Shown here one piece after another: positions 1 through 9,119 of a stretch of 64,000 nt of DNA. The notes below the pieces were generated by a model, which saw nothing but the letters and a program-made list of their open reading frames with translations, had not been told where the DNA came from and made no database searches. This stretch comes from a virus. The position numbers were made by a program, and so were the translations under genes. Where the stretch lies: IMG/VR virus record IMGVR_UViG_3300002460_000021, positions 34,682-98,681 of that record; one strand, 5' to 3'. Within the stretch, counting starts at the first letter, position 1. Each line of letters starts with the position of its first letter.

Positions 1-634
1 AAGATTCGCTCAGCTTGTTGCTAGTTTTTTTTAATCCGAAGCTGTCTCGTAATCCCTTAGTTTCCCAGCCTTGTTTTAACGTCAAATTAGATAGTTGTGA
101 ATAAAACCACCGTTTACCAATTTGAAGAGGACTAAAACTCTTATTCCAGCGCCGGCCGCCTGTCGTCTTAGCCTTTATATCCTCGACAACAATATGTGAA
201 ACGGGAAACATTTTCTTCAACCAATTAATAATCCTTAACTTCCACTGCCATCGCGCTTTAGTGGATGGCGCCAGGCCGCCTTTCTTACGATTAAATCTTG
301 GCTGACGACAAGGGCACTTTCTATTTCGCCGTGCGCGGCGCATATTACGCCTTGTTTCCATGGCGTCTTTAACCCAGGTCACGGCATCTGCTTGAATATT
401 CAAAAAAGTGTGAGCTTCACTCTTAACAGTAAAGCCTTCTTTTTTACTGCCAGGGTCCACGCCAACTGCAATCGGCTGTTTGTTTTCTTCGGTTTTTATG
501 TTGAGTCGCACACAAAACACCCCTTTCTTCCAAAATGGCGTAGCTTTACCAGATGCAATCCACCTCCGTGCCCGCAACAGCGTTGTTGGCATTAGTGGTT
601 GATTATCCAGATTTAGCACAGGTACATGGAACAT
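1..634 (-). CDS. isrB: IsrB-like OMEGA nickase (RRXRR/PLMP domain, IS200/IS605 family), truncated at the window edge
   Basis: Not in the ORF track. Manual translation from ATG at 634 gives MFHVPVLNLDNQPLMPTTLLRARRWI...VGVDPGSK...RRNMRRARR...VVEDIKA...GWETKGLRDSFGLKK: PLMP motif, RuvC-I, Arg-rich bridge helix and RuvC-II, with no HNH insert. Confidence 0.9.
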   Translation of the reverse strand, partial: MFHVPVLNLDNQPLMPTTLLRARRWIASGKATPFWKKGVFCVRLNIKTEENKQPIAVGVDPGSKKEGFTVKSEAHTFLNIQADAVTWVKDAMETRRNMRRARRNRKCPCRQPRFNRKKGGLAPSTKARWQWKLRIINWLKKMFPVSHIVVEDIKAKTTGGRRWNKSFSPLQIGKRWFYSQLSNLTLKQGWETKGLRDSFGLKKTSNKLSES

Positions 635-639
635 AGTAA

Positions 640-872
640 TTAACAAGTTTTACGGTAAGTGGGTGCTTGTTAGACCTCCGATATACATCCCTTCGACACT
701 GGCTAACGTAGAGGATACAGATTAGGGAGGCGTCCGTATCGTACTTATACCTACCACAGTATAGTTAGTTCAGTTGAGGTTCTAGCCTCTTGTCTAATAC
801 ACTGCTTGCGTTGACTCGTTACCTAGTGGTTAGGTGGAGCCAAACCCCGGGGCTTGCCTTGAGGTCAGCGAT
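640..872 (-). ncRNA. omegaRNA upstream of isrB (boundaries approximate)
   Basis: Non-coding region 5' of isrB. The minus strand has an end hairpin GACCTCAAGGCAAGCCCCGGGGTT and the segment GGACGCCTCCCTAATCTGTATCCTCT...GTGTCGAAGGGA typical of IscB/IsrB omegaRNA scaffolds. Confidence 0.75.
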
Positions 873-1021
873 TTCAATAAAACTTAACCAACCTCGACAA
901 CGACTAGCTTTCGACCAAGTTAAACGACTACTGACAAAAATACAACACCTGATTTTTACATGCGCAGCCCTCCATAAATGAAAACTAAGCTACGTAATTA
1001 TAACACGTTTACAGGCATAGT

Positions 1022-4000
1022 TTAGTGGCTAGCAAGCCGCTCAGACAAATCTAATTCACGGCAACGCTCAACCGTTAGTTCTTCGCCCCAGTACTCGTAT
1101 ACGGCGCAGCCAATACCAAGATGATACGGCCCGGTACCAAGCGGGAAGCCGTCTAGGTCGCAAGGAATAACGGGAACTTGTTCAACCATACATAGCGGTA
1201 AAACAACGTCATAGACATATTCAGCCCACTCAATCGGCACCTCCAACATCACCGCGTCGTGAACCTGTAGCACCATGGAGAATTTAACTTCTGGATGCTC
1301 AAATCGATATTGCCGTAAGTTGGCTAGCGCCAGTGCCATAGCATCGGCCACGCCAGACTGTGTACCCATGTTCATACTCTGGCGTTCAAACTCACCTTGT
1401 TTCTGACGATCGTTAGTTTTTGGAAAACGTCGATATCGGCCAAAACAAGTGCAACTCCAACCAGGATTGACGACGCGCCGACGACATTTATCAAAGTACT
1501 TATCGAGATCCGGATACATTTGCGTAAGCGCTGCTATGAGCTCCTGCGCTTGTTGCACCGTAATAGGCGCCTCTTTAGAACGCGCGGTTCGTGCAAGAGC
1601 CTCCGCCCCCTGACCATAAAAGCGACCAAACACTACAGATTTAGCAGCCACGCGGTAGTGCTTCTTACCGATAGAGTCCAGGCCCTTCTTAGTCGGAAGG
1701 CAGCCAAGTTGAAACGCACGTACGGCCAGAGACGAGTGAATATCATAGAAGTCAGGATGATCGTCAGGTAACGTAGAGCGCCGCGCGTGCTCAATTAAAT
1801 TGGCGTCATTTGAAAGCCACGCAGCAACCGCAACCTCAGCTCCAGTATAGTCAGCATCTATAAACACACAGCCAGGACGAGCCTTCAAACAACTGCGAAT
1901 AGAGTGTTTATAAACGCTGCCCAAAATCCTCTGATAATCCGCATCGCGTTGACCAGAGAAATTTTGGCAGTTTGGTTTACTCGATGATACGCGCCCAGTT
2001 TCAACAGGAAAGAAATGCGTACGTACGGCACCATCAGAATCGACGTAGCTCAAGAGCCCCTTTTCATACACGGGTTCGCTGCCCTCGTCATCGTCTGGTT
2101 CCGGACCACGCGGCGGACGCAGCGTAGTTTTAAGAGCATGCGCAACGTATCGCAAATCACGTAAGAGCTTAAGCAACGGCTGACTACTGCTGCCCGCCAA
2201 AATGCTAATAGTTTCTCTGTCAGTGGACGGCAGCTGATTTAAAGGACACGGCTCGTCCGCATATAAATCTTCGTAAGGCACAGCGGCCTTGCCTTTACCA
2301 GACGGCTTAATGGGGGTTAGCCCAAAGTGCTGTACGCCGGCGGGCAACACAGTAATAATTGTACCGTCTTTATTACGTCGACCAACGAAACGGTCGCCGA
2401 ACAAAATAGCGCGGCGATGATAAGTAGACTCTGGATTGAAATCAACCCAGCCCACGGCATTACGGAATTCCGCAAGTTTGGCTGACTTGGACTGTTGGAA
2501 AATGTCGATCAACTGCTCTACTCTGGCACGATCCACTAAAATACCTGTCGTTTCCATCTCAAGAAATGGAAGCGCGGTTTTCTGGGTTCGCCAGAACGCC
2601 TCGCGTGCACAGTTCCCGTATCGATCGCAATCAAGCATGCCGCTCTTATCAGTGCCGTTGCCGTTAAATAACTCAAATAGCCTGAATGAAAGGTCCACGT
2701 CATACACACTGTAAGGCAGCAACAAATCTTCAGGTACATCCCCATAGCCTTCCAGGGCATCTCGCTTCATACCGCGCGACTTACAGTGCTCGTCTAGCCA
2801 CGCATCTAGCAGAAGGTCGTAGCGAGGCGTACCTATAAACTGAGAACCAACTACCTCAAGTTTAAACGGGCCGGTCTCGACCAGAGCATGAGTTGCATAC
2901 AGCGTATCAAAACCACCCTCGGTCCTAGTCTTCTCCCAACCTAGCTTGCCCGGGGGTGGATCGTCGTTGGGCGCATCAAATTGGTCACGAACATCGATGC
3001 CAAGATGAACTAGCCAGGGCAAGTCAGCCTTAAGGTTGTGCCCGATTAAGCGCACGTGCCGGCCGGGCCTGCTGCGCATAACACGCTCTAGCTGCCCGAG
3101 AACCACGCCTAAATCTAACCCAGTATTACGTGCGCCGCCAGTCTCACGCAAAATGATAGCCGCGCCAAACTTAGCCTTGTGGCTAAGCTGAATCGTTCGC
3201 AAGTACCCCTCTTCTGGCCGCTTGCCGTGCCACTCGCAATCTACTGCCAGTGGCGCAATAGGGCCCGGAGCCTCACTTAAAATTTTATCGGCCAGCGCTA
3301 CTAACTCGTCATTAGTACGAACGTACACTCTCTCAAGATTTGCTTCCTCTAATGTACCACAACCCCGGATACACCGAACAAAGAAACGCAGTGCCGCTGT
3401 AAACTGAGGCAATTCGTCAGGGTTGCGAGTCACGTGCGCGGGATGTGTACATCCCATAACTTTAATAGTGTGATCAAAAGAAGATACTTTACCCAAAACG
3501 TTAACGTCGCGCTCTGCTGGCTCGTAGTGAACGCCGTTGCACATTGGAATTGTAAGGTCAACAGTCTGGCCTATTAGATCGCCAATTTTCGCACTGCGGC
3601 CTAACACTGCCTTGGCCGCCTCTGAGCCTAAACACAACAAATAGTCTGGGCGAACTAGTCTAAGTTCCTGATGCAGCAACGGAAGACAATCCTTAACCCA
3701 GCTGGCAGGTAACGCCGACTTGTCCAAATCAATATTAGGAAAGCGTACGGCATTAGCCAAATACCAGGCCTGTGTAGCCTGGTAATCAATACCGAGTTCC
3801 TCCAGCGTATTCCATAGTACGTCACTGGCAGGCCCAACAAAATTAGTACGAGCCCTGACTTCTTCCCGCCCGGGACACTTGCCAAGAATCATGACAGTTG
3901 CACGTGCCGGACCAACGCGATTACGTTCTCGTAGATGCCCAGGAACGAATGATGAAGTATGCGTTGTGAATTGATATTCAACTGGAAGAGAGAAGTTCTC

Positions 4001-4261
4001 GCTGTACAGCGCGGCGTGGTACAGCGCTGTCAGGAACGGCAAGTCACCGACACGCTTAGAAAAAGTAGCCGGCGTAATTTTACACTCCGGGTCGCCGCGG
4101 CGCCGACCCTCCGCTATGAAGTCGGGGCCGGGCGCTGGCATGCCAACAGCGTCTAGCGGATAGACAGGACAACGTTCTTGAATTGTCTCGTACGGCATAC
4201 CGCCCATTAACAATTCAAGATGATACTGTGCATTAGCACTAGGAGACATGGTTGTAGACAA
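1022..4261 (-). CDS. polA: Family A DNA polymerase with N-terminal uracil-DNA glycosylase-like domain and 3'-5' exonuclease (SPO1-like architecture)
   Basis: UDG-like motifs LGKCPGREE..FVGPA, YLANAVR, HPAHV; exonuclease motifs DCE, HNLKAD, YSVYD; polymerase motifs ETGRVSS..PNCQN, DYTGAE, R..AKSVVFG..YG, QVHD. Confidence 0.95.
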   Translation of the reverse strand: MSTTMSPSANAQYHLELLMGGMPYETIQERCPVYPLDAVGMPAPGPDFIAEGRRRGDPECKITPATFSKRVGDLPFLTALYHAALYSENFSLPVEYQFTTHTSSFVPGHLRERNRVGPARATVMILGKCPGREEVRARTNFVGPASDVLWNTLEELGIDYQATQAWYLANAVRFPNIDLDKSALPASWVKDCLPLLHQELRLVRPDYLLCLGSEAAKAVLGRSAKIGDLIGQTVDLTIPMCNGVHYEPAERDVNVLGKVSSFDHTIKVMGCTHPAHVTRNPDELPQFTAALRFFVRCIRGCGTLEEANLERVYVRTNDELVALADKILSEAPGPIAPLAVDCEWHGKRPEEGYLRTIQLSHKAKFGAAIILRETGGARNTGLDLGVVLGQLERVMRSRPGRHVRLIGHNLKADLPWLVHLGIDVRDQFDAPNDDPPPGKLGWEKTRTEGGFDTLYATHALVETGPFKLEVVGSQFIGTPRYDLLLDAWLDEHCKSRGMKRDALEGYGDVPEDLLLPYSVYDVDLSFRLFELFNGNGTDKSGMLDCDRYGNCAREAFWRTQKTALPFLEMETTGILVDRARVEQLIDIFQQSKSAKLAEFRNAVGWVDFNPESTYHRRAILFGDRFVGRRNKDGTIITVLPAGVQHFGLTPIKPSGKGKAAVPYEDLYADEPCPLNQLPSTDRETISILAGSSSQPLLKLLRDLRYVAHALKTTLRPPRGPEPDDDEGSEPVYEKGLLSYVDSDGAVRTHFFPVETGRVSSSKPNCQNFSGQRDADYQRILGSVYKHSIRSCLKARPGCVFIDADYTGAEVAVAAWLSNDANLIEHARRSTLPDDHPDFYDIHSSLAVRAFQLGCLPTKKGLDSIGKKHYRVAAKSVVFGRFYGQGAEALARTARSKEAPITVQQAQELIAALTQMYPDLDKYFDKCRRRVVNPGWSCTCFGRYRRFPKTNDRQKQGEFERQSMNMGTQSGVADAMALALANLRQYRFEHPEVKFSMVLQVHDAVMLEVPIEWAEYVYDVVLPLCMVEQVPVIPCDLDGFPLGTGPYHLGIGCAVYEYWGEELTVERCRELDLSERLASH

Positions 4262-4477
4262 TTACCGACTTCCTTTCTCCGCAGACCGGCTAAAACTCCA
4301 CGCGCCATTATGGCTGGGCCGACTGTAGCTCTTATACTTATTCCGATGCCCGCTAACACTATACGTCAATCTGTGCCTACCAGGGAAAGGCGACAGTGCG
4401 CGACAAAAGCTACGATTGTTGTCAGTAAGTATTACGGGATTATGGTCCTTTTCTGAAGATATCCATGGAGCAAACAT
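4262..4477 (-). CDS. Ser/Arg-rich microprotein (family member 1)
   Basis: 71 aa; YSVSG...YKSYSR...GAWSFSRS motif shared with paralogues; abuts the polymerase start. Confidence 0.7.
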   Translation of the reverse strand: MFAPWISSEKDHNPVILTDNNRSFCRALSPFPGRHRLTYSVSGHRNKYKSYSRPSHNGAWSFSRSAEKGSR

Positions 4478-4487
4478 ATATTTATTC

Positions 4488-4691
4488 CTACCAAAAGTTG
4501 CTGCAGCTAAAGCTCCAACATCCCCTTACATCTCCGGAGTAACTTTTGAAAACACGCAATGAATAACTACTATACAGCTTACGATCGCCATCGACTGTGA
4601 CGGTAGAACCGCTCACTCTCGCGACGCCCTGGGCACAGCCAAGCAGCATGTAAGAAAACTCACGCTTATTGAGTATCCATGGAGCAAACAT
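4488..4691 (-). CDS. Ser/Arg-rich microprotein (member 2)
   Basis: Starts MFAPWI like member 1 (same 5' nucleotides); FKSYSG...GCWSFSCS. Confidence 0.7.
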   Translation of the reverse strand: MFAPWILNKREFSYMLLGCAQGVARVSGSTVTVDGDRKLYSSYSLRVFKSYSGDVRGCWSFSCSNFW

Positions 4692-4692
4692 A

Positions 4693-4917
4693 TTAAGACC
4701 TCTGCCTACTACTAGCAGTTCCAACAGTTAAAGAACGGCTAACACTGTAGCTCTCCCTCCCGACCCTGAGTCCAGCACAGCTCTTAAAACCATAGATTGA
4801 TCTACTAGCAAATGCTCTTGAACAACTAGCAGTCATACTAACTGAGCGCGGGCGACATCGTTCACGTGGCGACACGACAACAAAATAAAGCTTATTTATT
4901 CCGGACAATAATATCAT
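4693..4917 (-). CDS. Ser/Arg-rich microprotein (member 3)
   Basis: 74 aa; RSVS...FKSCAG...YSVSRS; overlaps the primase stop. Confidence 0.6.
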   Translation of the reverse strand: MILLSGINKLYFVVVSPRERCRPRSVSMTASCSRAFASRSIYGFKSCAGLRVGRESYSVSRSLTVGTASSRQRS

Positions 4918-5998
4918 CGGTAGTCCCTAGCTGTGGCAATAGTACATCCTGCTCCATAGCTGCTGCACGTATAAACTCATGTAATGCATCACGAGGGCAA
5001 TCACCGGGATCCAGTCCCTCCGGTAAACGTAATGATAATACGGTAGCGCGCTCACAATCAGTACGTAACTTGACACAAATCTTATTGGCGTCTTCTGCCG
5101 CAGCAGGGTCGTCAGAATCAAGCAACACAATTACTACCTTGTCACCCCAATGCTTGTGAATAAGCCGTATCTGCTGCTCACTAATAGTCTTACCGAGAAG
5201 AGCGACTCCGCACGATCCAAGCCTCCATACGTCACTAGGTCCTTCGGCTATAACTACAAACGGCTGATTCTTAGCCCTATCGTAATTGTATAACACCAGG
5301 CGCTTAGGCAACCCTGGCATCGTTAGATATTTTGGCGAACCTGCGTGTGTAAATTCGCCAACACACCGTGCCTGCCAACCAACCATGATACCGTCCATCA
5401 TTATTGGAATGACGATGCGGCCCTCGACAGCAGGGTAACTGCACGGCTCTACGGCGTAACGGACGCCCCATACGGTATCCAGTTCAACTAAATCAAAACC
5501 ACGATTCTGAATGTACTGCCGCGCAGGATGATCGGCAGACAAAGTTACCAATGACAATAATCGGCCTGGGTGGGGCACCGGATGCAAGCAGCGGCCGTTG
5601 TCTGCAGACACGCGCCCAGGCAATATCTTCATCTCATTACGGCGGTGCTCTGCACTCAACCTGATAAAGACTCTGTCCGCTAACCGGTGTCTATGGTCAT
5701 AATCTTGTAAACAGTCAGAACGAAAACATTTAACCAAGTCAAACAGATCCCGTTGAACGTGCACACTATAGGTGCCGTATAAATGTGAAAAGTATAAGTG
5801 ACCGGAGTGATCGGCACAGTAAGGGCATCTAGTCACATACTGCTCGCCGCGGTGCATCCAACGTAAGTACGGTCGACGTGTATCAAGTGACGTGGCTTCT
5901 GTATAAGAAGCAGCCTCTCCTTTATTGACTACCTTAACAACACCACCCATACGCTCATCTAGCAAACGGTAAAGCTTACTGTTTAAATAGGCGTCCAT
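4892..5998 (-). CDS. DnaG-like DNA primase (zinc finger plus TOPRIM)
   Basis: CPYC..H zinc finger, RIVIPI..GWQAR, TOPRIM motifs EGPSD and DSDD, C-terminal DPGD. Confidence 0.92.
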   Translation of the reverse strand: MDAYLNSKLYRLLDERMGGVVKVVNKGEAASYTEATSLDTRRPYLRWMHRGEQYVTRCPYCADHSGHLYFSHLYGTYSVHVQRDLFDLVKCFRSDCLQDYDHRHRLADRVFIRLSAEHRRNEMKILPGRVSADNGRCLHPVPHPGRLLSLVTLSADHPARQYIQNRGFDLVELDTVWGVRYAVEPCSYPAVEGRIVIPIMMDGIMVGWQARCVGEFTHAGSPKYLTMPGLPKRLVLYNYDRAKNQPFVVIAEGPSDVWRLGSCGVALLGKTISEQQIRLIHKHWGDKVVIVLLDSDDPAAAEDANKICVKLRTDCERATVLSLRLPEGLDPGDCPRDALHEFIRAAAMEQDVLLPQLGTTDDIIVRNK

Positions 5999-6004
5999 TG
6001 TTTG

Positions 6005-6202
6005 TTACCTATTCATACTGGATGAATGGGCCCTACTAAAGCTCCAAGCCCCGGCTACAGTCTGCGCGTAGCTCTTAAAGTTGGCGTCGGACAGACACGC
6101 GTCTGGGCGGCTGCCACTAACGGAGCAGCGGAAAATAGCACCTTTAGGGCTACCAGGATTAAATGTTATTTTTGCGTAACACCACGGGGGTAAAACCATC
6201 AC
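6005..6202 (-). CDS. Ser/Arg-rich microprotein (member 4)
   Basis: GGAGG RBS then GTG ATG GTT TTA; MVLPPWC...CSVSG...FKSYAQ..GAWSFSR. The ORF-track start at 6313 is over-extended. Confidence 0.7.
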   Translation of the reverse strand: MMVLPPWCYAKITFNPGSPKGAIFRCSVSGSRPDACLSDANFKSYAQTVAGAWSFSRAHSSSMNR

Positions 6203-6218
6203 ACACCCTCCATGTTTA

Positions 6219-6446
6219 TTAGCTACTACGGCTACGCGACATGTACGGCATACTAAAACTCCAAGCTCCGCCTCGATTACGACTATAGCTCTTATACGCG
6301 GCGTGCCTGTCACACCTGCCAGTCGAAGGGAAACCTAAGCTAGCGCCCGAGCGTCCACTAACTGAATAGCGCCGCCGCCCGCGTCTATTGCCGTACTGCG
6401 ACTCAAAATTAATTTTTATGCAACACCACGGCGGTAAAACCATCAC
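6219..6446 (-). CDS. Ser/Arg-rich microprotein (member 5)
   Basis: MMVLPPWC...YSVSG...YKSYSR..GAWSFS; start overlaps the helicase stop (GTGA). Confidence 0.7.
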   Translation of the reverse strand: MMVLPPWCCIKINFESQYGNRRGRRRYSVSGRSGASLGFPSTGRCDRHAAYKSYSRNRGGAWSFSMPYMSRSRSS

Positions 6447-8149
6447 ACATCCTCTGGGCCTGTGACCCTAGAGCCATCATAGGGACCCTGGGTATTGACG
6501 AAACCGCTAAAGGACGAACCAGGAGTACCAGGAGTCGCCACCTGCACACCAGGCGCGACGATAACGCCCCTGTCGGCCTTGTTAGCAAAGCCACCGCACG
6601 CGCGGCTACTTACAGCGTACGTCTCATTAGCCGGCTTAAAGTGAGCGACCCGGCCATCGAGCACAAATATAGCCGGCTCATTGGAGGCTGCAGCACGTCG
6701 ATGCTTAGTACACTCAATTTGTAACGCAGAAGTCTGTGGGTCTAAGTTACCCATAACAAAAGCGAAGGCCGCGTTATCGGCGAAGTTACGAGCGCCGCGC
6801 ATGCGAGAGTGATGCTGCCTGGCCGTGGGGCCCTTGCGAGTCTCGTCGCCATGTAACTGATGCAGCACCCACACAGAACAATTATAGGGAATGGCTACTT
6901 TACGACGAATGTCGTTAATGTAATTGTTAAGCATTTGCCATTCCTCCATCCTGACCTGAGGATGGGCATTGATATAGTTGGTCACAGCAATGCCGGCGTA
7001 ATCGACAATCACTAGAACCGGACGTCTGCCAAGATGCTGCTCACGTTCTAAATCGACAACGATCTCGTCTATACCGCCGTTACCAACACCTGGGTAAGTC
7101 CCAGAGTAATCCTTAAGCCACAGGTTTTTGTTGTCCAGTCGCTTACGCGCGTTGATGAGACGTTCCCTCTCGCCATGAATGACCTTGCCGCGGCCAATTT
7201 CATGACAGGCAGCGCGTTCGTAATCCTTGTACGAAGTCGGGTCTTCCTGTGTAGACAAAGGCTTATTTAGACGAAACGTGTCATAATCAATCTCGCCAGC
7301 ACGAACCCATACCCTTAGCCGAATATCGGTATCCACGGGAGACTCGTAGCTGTAGTAAAAACAGTGCCCATAGCCTATCGGATGCTCATTAAGCTGGTAC
7401 TGCGCAGACGAAAGTGCCAACTGCACAGCGAACGTGGTTTTGCCTCCGCCGGTAGGACCGCCTAACACGTACACCTCGCCTGGCGCCTGCCCATTGCCCA
7501 TAAGATGATCGATAAAACCCATTCCGGTTGGCCAGATGCCCGTTGGCTTAGTACTAAAATCGTCGTTAGAGGGAAATGGCGTTGTGTCTTCTACGGCGTT
7601 TAATCCGCTAATCGCCATCTGATTAGCCGACAACTGCTGAAAGAACGGAGCCAGGCTGTCAGGGACGCTGTTGCCCCAATTATCGACGAATCGCCGCAAT
7701 TTGCTGTAAACCTTGCGCTCTTCTAGATACTTAGTAAGAAATATCTGTGCCGATACTTCGTCCAACTCGGCCTCAGCAAAATCGCCGGCCCACGCAAAAA
7801 AGCCGTCGCCATCCTTGCCGAATAGAAGAAAGTTGTGCTCATCTAAGACCCGCTCTGGGTCGTCGGCGGCCATCTTCTTGGCCTCTATTTCTAGCAAAGG
7901 CCGAAGTTTGCCATAAGGTTGTGGCAAGTCACGTCCATTGCGTGTCGCCACGGTTAGCGCGGCACGCCACACGACGAGGAAAACCACGTCTTCGATAGAA
8001 TCAATATCCTCTGGCTGCAGCAAATCCCTCGCTCGCATGAACAGCAAGGGACACCGCAGCAGATGGGCCAACAAATACTCTTTTTCGCCGGCGGTAAGGC
8101 GCGAACGCTGCGCTAGCTCAGGCGCTAGCTTGCGCGGATCGTAGGCCAT
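6443..8149 (-). CDS. DnaB-like (SF4) replicative helicase
   Basis: Walker A GPTGGGKT, YSYE, Walker B VIVDY, LHQ, KHR; adjacent to the primase. Confidence 0.88.
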   Translation of the reverse strand: MAYDPRKLAPELAQRSRLTAGEKEYLLAHLLRCPLLFMRARDLLQPEDIDSIEDVVFLVVWRAALTVATRNGRDLPQPYGKLRPLLEIEAKKMAADDPERVLDEHNFLLFGKDGDGFFAWAGDFAEAELDEVSAQIFLTKYLEERKVYSKLRRFVDNWGNSVPDSLAPFFQQLSANQMAISGLNAVEDTTPFPSNDDFSTKPTGIWPTGMGFIDHLMGNGQAPGEVYVLGGPTGGGKTTFAVQLALSSAQYQLNEHPIGYGHCFYYSYESPVDTDIRLRVWVRAGEIDYDTFRLNKPLSTQEDPTSYKDYERAACHEIGRGKVIHGERERLINARKRLDNKNLWLKDYSGTYPGVGNGGIDEIVVDLEREQHLGRRPVLVIVDYAGIAVTNYINAHPQVRMEEWQMLNNYINDIRRKVAIPYNCSVWVLHQLHGDETRKGPTARQHHSRMRGARNFADNAAFAFVMGNLDPQTSALQIECTKHRRAAASNEPAIFVLDGRVAHFKPANETYAVSSRACGGFANKADRGVIVAPGVQVATPGTPGSSFSGFVNTQGPYDGSRVTGPEDV

Positions 8150-8164
8150 TGTGGCATCTCCGTT

Positions 8165-8848
8165 TTATTGTGATTTACGATACTGCGGTGGAAGTTTTTG
8201 CTGTAACTGCACAGGCAAAAACGCGCCGAATATCCTTTCTAGATCATCGGGGTTCAGCATAAATTGACTTAGTGCATCGGGTTCCCAGACATCTGCCAGA
8301 TCACTATGGCCGGTCGCTACAGCCAGACAGTACCTATAAAGCGGCGAGAGGACCGTGAAACCCGAGTCAATAACCAGTCGACACGCCTGATCCTGCTGGT
8401 ACCCGTCTTGAAGAAACCGCCTGAGAGAGTACTCGGCTTCGCGATTTTGTTGCTGAAATTCAAACGTCAGCCTGGTGAAGATCTTGTCTGAATACTCCTT
8501 ATAACGCTGCACCGCCGATGGTGTCAGACACATATTAGGAGTAGGCGCATTACTGAGTCGTCCGTGAAACTGGGAGCGCACAAATTGAACAGGATCCAGG
8601 TGATGCGACAACACAAACTTGGCGATCTTGGGCCAAATAGGCTGTGACCGGCGCCCGGCAGCATCGCGACCGCCGTCCCAGCGCGGCGATGAGCAATACT
8701 GGCTATTTTGGCCCTTAACAGCACGCTGGTGTAATCGCACCGCCTGGATCCATAGTTCTCGTATCTGCTGCCCCAGCCTAGTCTCGAGCTCGACAGCCGA
8801 TATTACTAGGTTTGCAGGCGTACTTTCGTCATGAAATGGAAGAGCCAT
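8165..8848 (-). CDS. Hypothetical protein in the replication operon
   Basis: 227-aa ORF with RBS, directly upstream of the helicase. Confidence 0.7.
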   Translation of the reverse strand: MALPFHDESTPANLVISAVELETRLGQQIRELWIQAVRLHQRAVKGQNSQYCSSPRWDGGRDAAGRRSQPIWPKIAKFVLSHHLDPVQFVRSQFHGRLSNAPTPNMCLTPSAVQRYKEYSDKIFTRLTFEFQQQNREAEYSLRRFLQDGYQQDQACRLVIDSGFTVLSPLYRYCLAVATGHSDLADVWEPDALSQFMLNPDDLERIFGAFLPVQLQQKLPPQYRKSQ

Positions 8849-8860
8849 TTGTCCCCCAAC

Positions 8861-8874
8861 AATATCCGGATATT
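8861..8874. repeat. AATATCCGGATATT palindrome, copy 1
   Basis: Exact match; lies between the upstream ORF stop and the ATG at 8848. Confidence 0.97.
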
Positions 8875-9118
8875 AGTCGGATCCAGTGGACTGCTCTGCT
8901 CCGGTGGTCGGTCGATTACAGTTAACGGCAGCCACGATCTCAGCCACGGATTCGAGCTCGGCGCTAATGCACCAGCTGTTCTTGAGCGCGTCCATAATGA
9001 CACGCAGCATACGTATTGTACCGCGCACAAACAACCAGCACAGCAGCAGCTGCTGGATGAATACGGCAGCAATAAACAGCACAGCCACAAACAGAGGGTC
9101 GCTAAACAAATCGTTCAT
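8873..9118 (-). CDS. Small membrane protein
   Basis: MNDLFSDPLFVAVLFIAAVFIQQLLLCWLF hydrophobic segment; ATG directly after the SF2 helicase stop. Confidence 0.6.
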   Translation of the reverse strand: MNDLFSDPLFVAVLFIAAVFIQQLLLCWLFVRGTIRMLRVIMDALKNSWCISAELESVAEIVAAVNCNRPTTGAEQSTGSD

Positions 9119-9119
9119 C

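Noticed and set aside
392-981. Plus-strand ORFs 392-595 and 790-981
   Set aside because: They are antisense to isrB and its omegaRNA and show no protein features.
4262-6446. Microproteins as diversity-generating retroelement TR/VR pairs
   Set aside because: There is no reverse transcriptase in the window, and the differences include indels and all bases rather than adenine-only changes.
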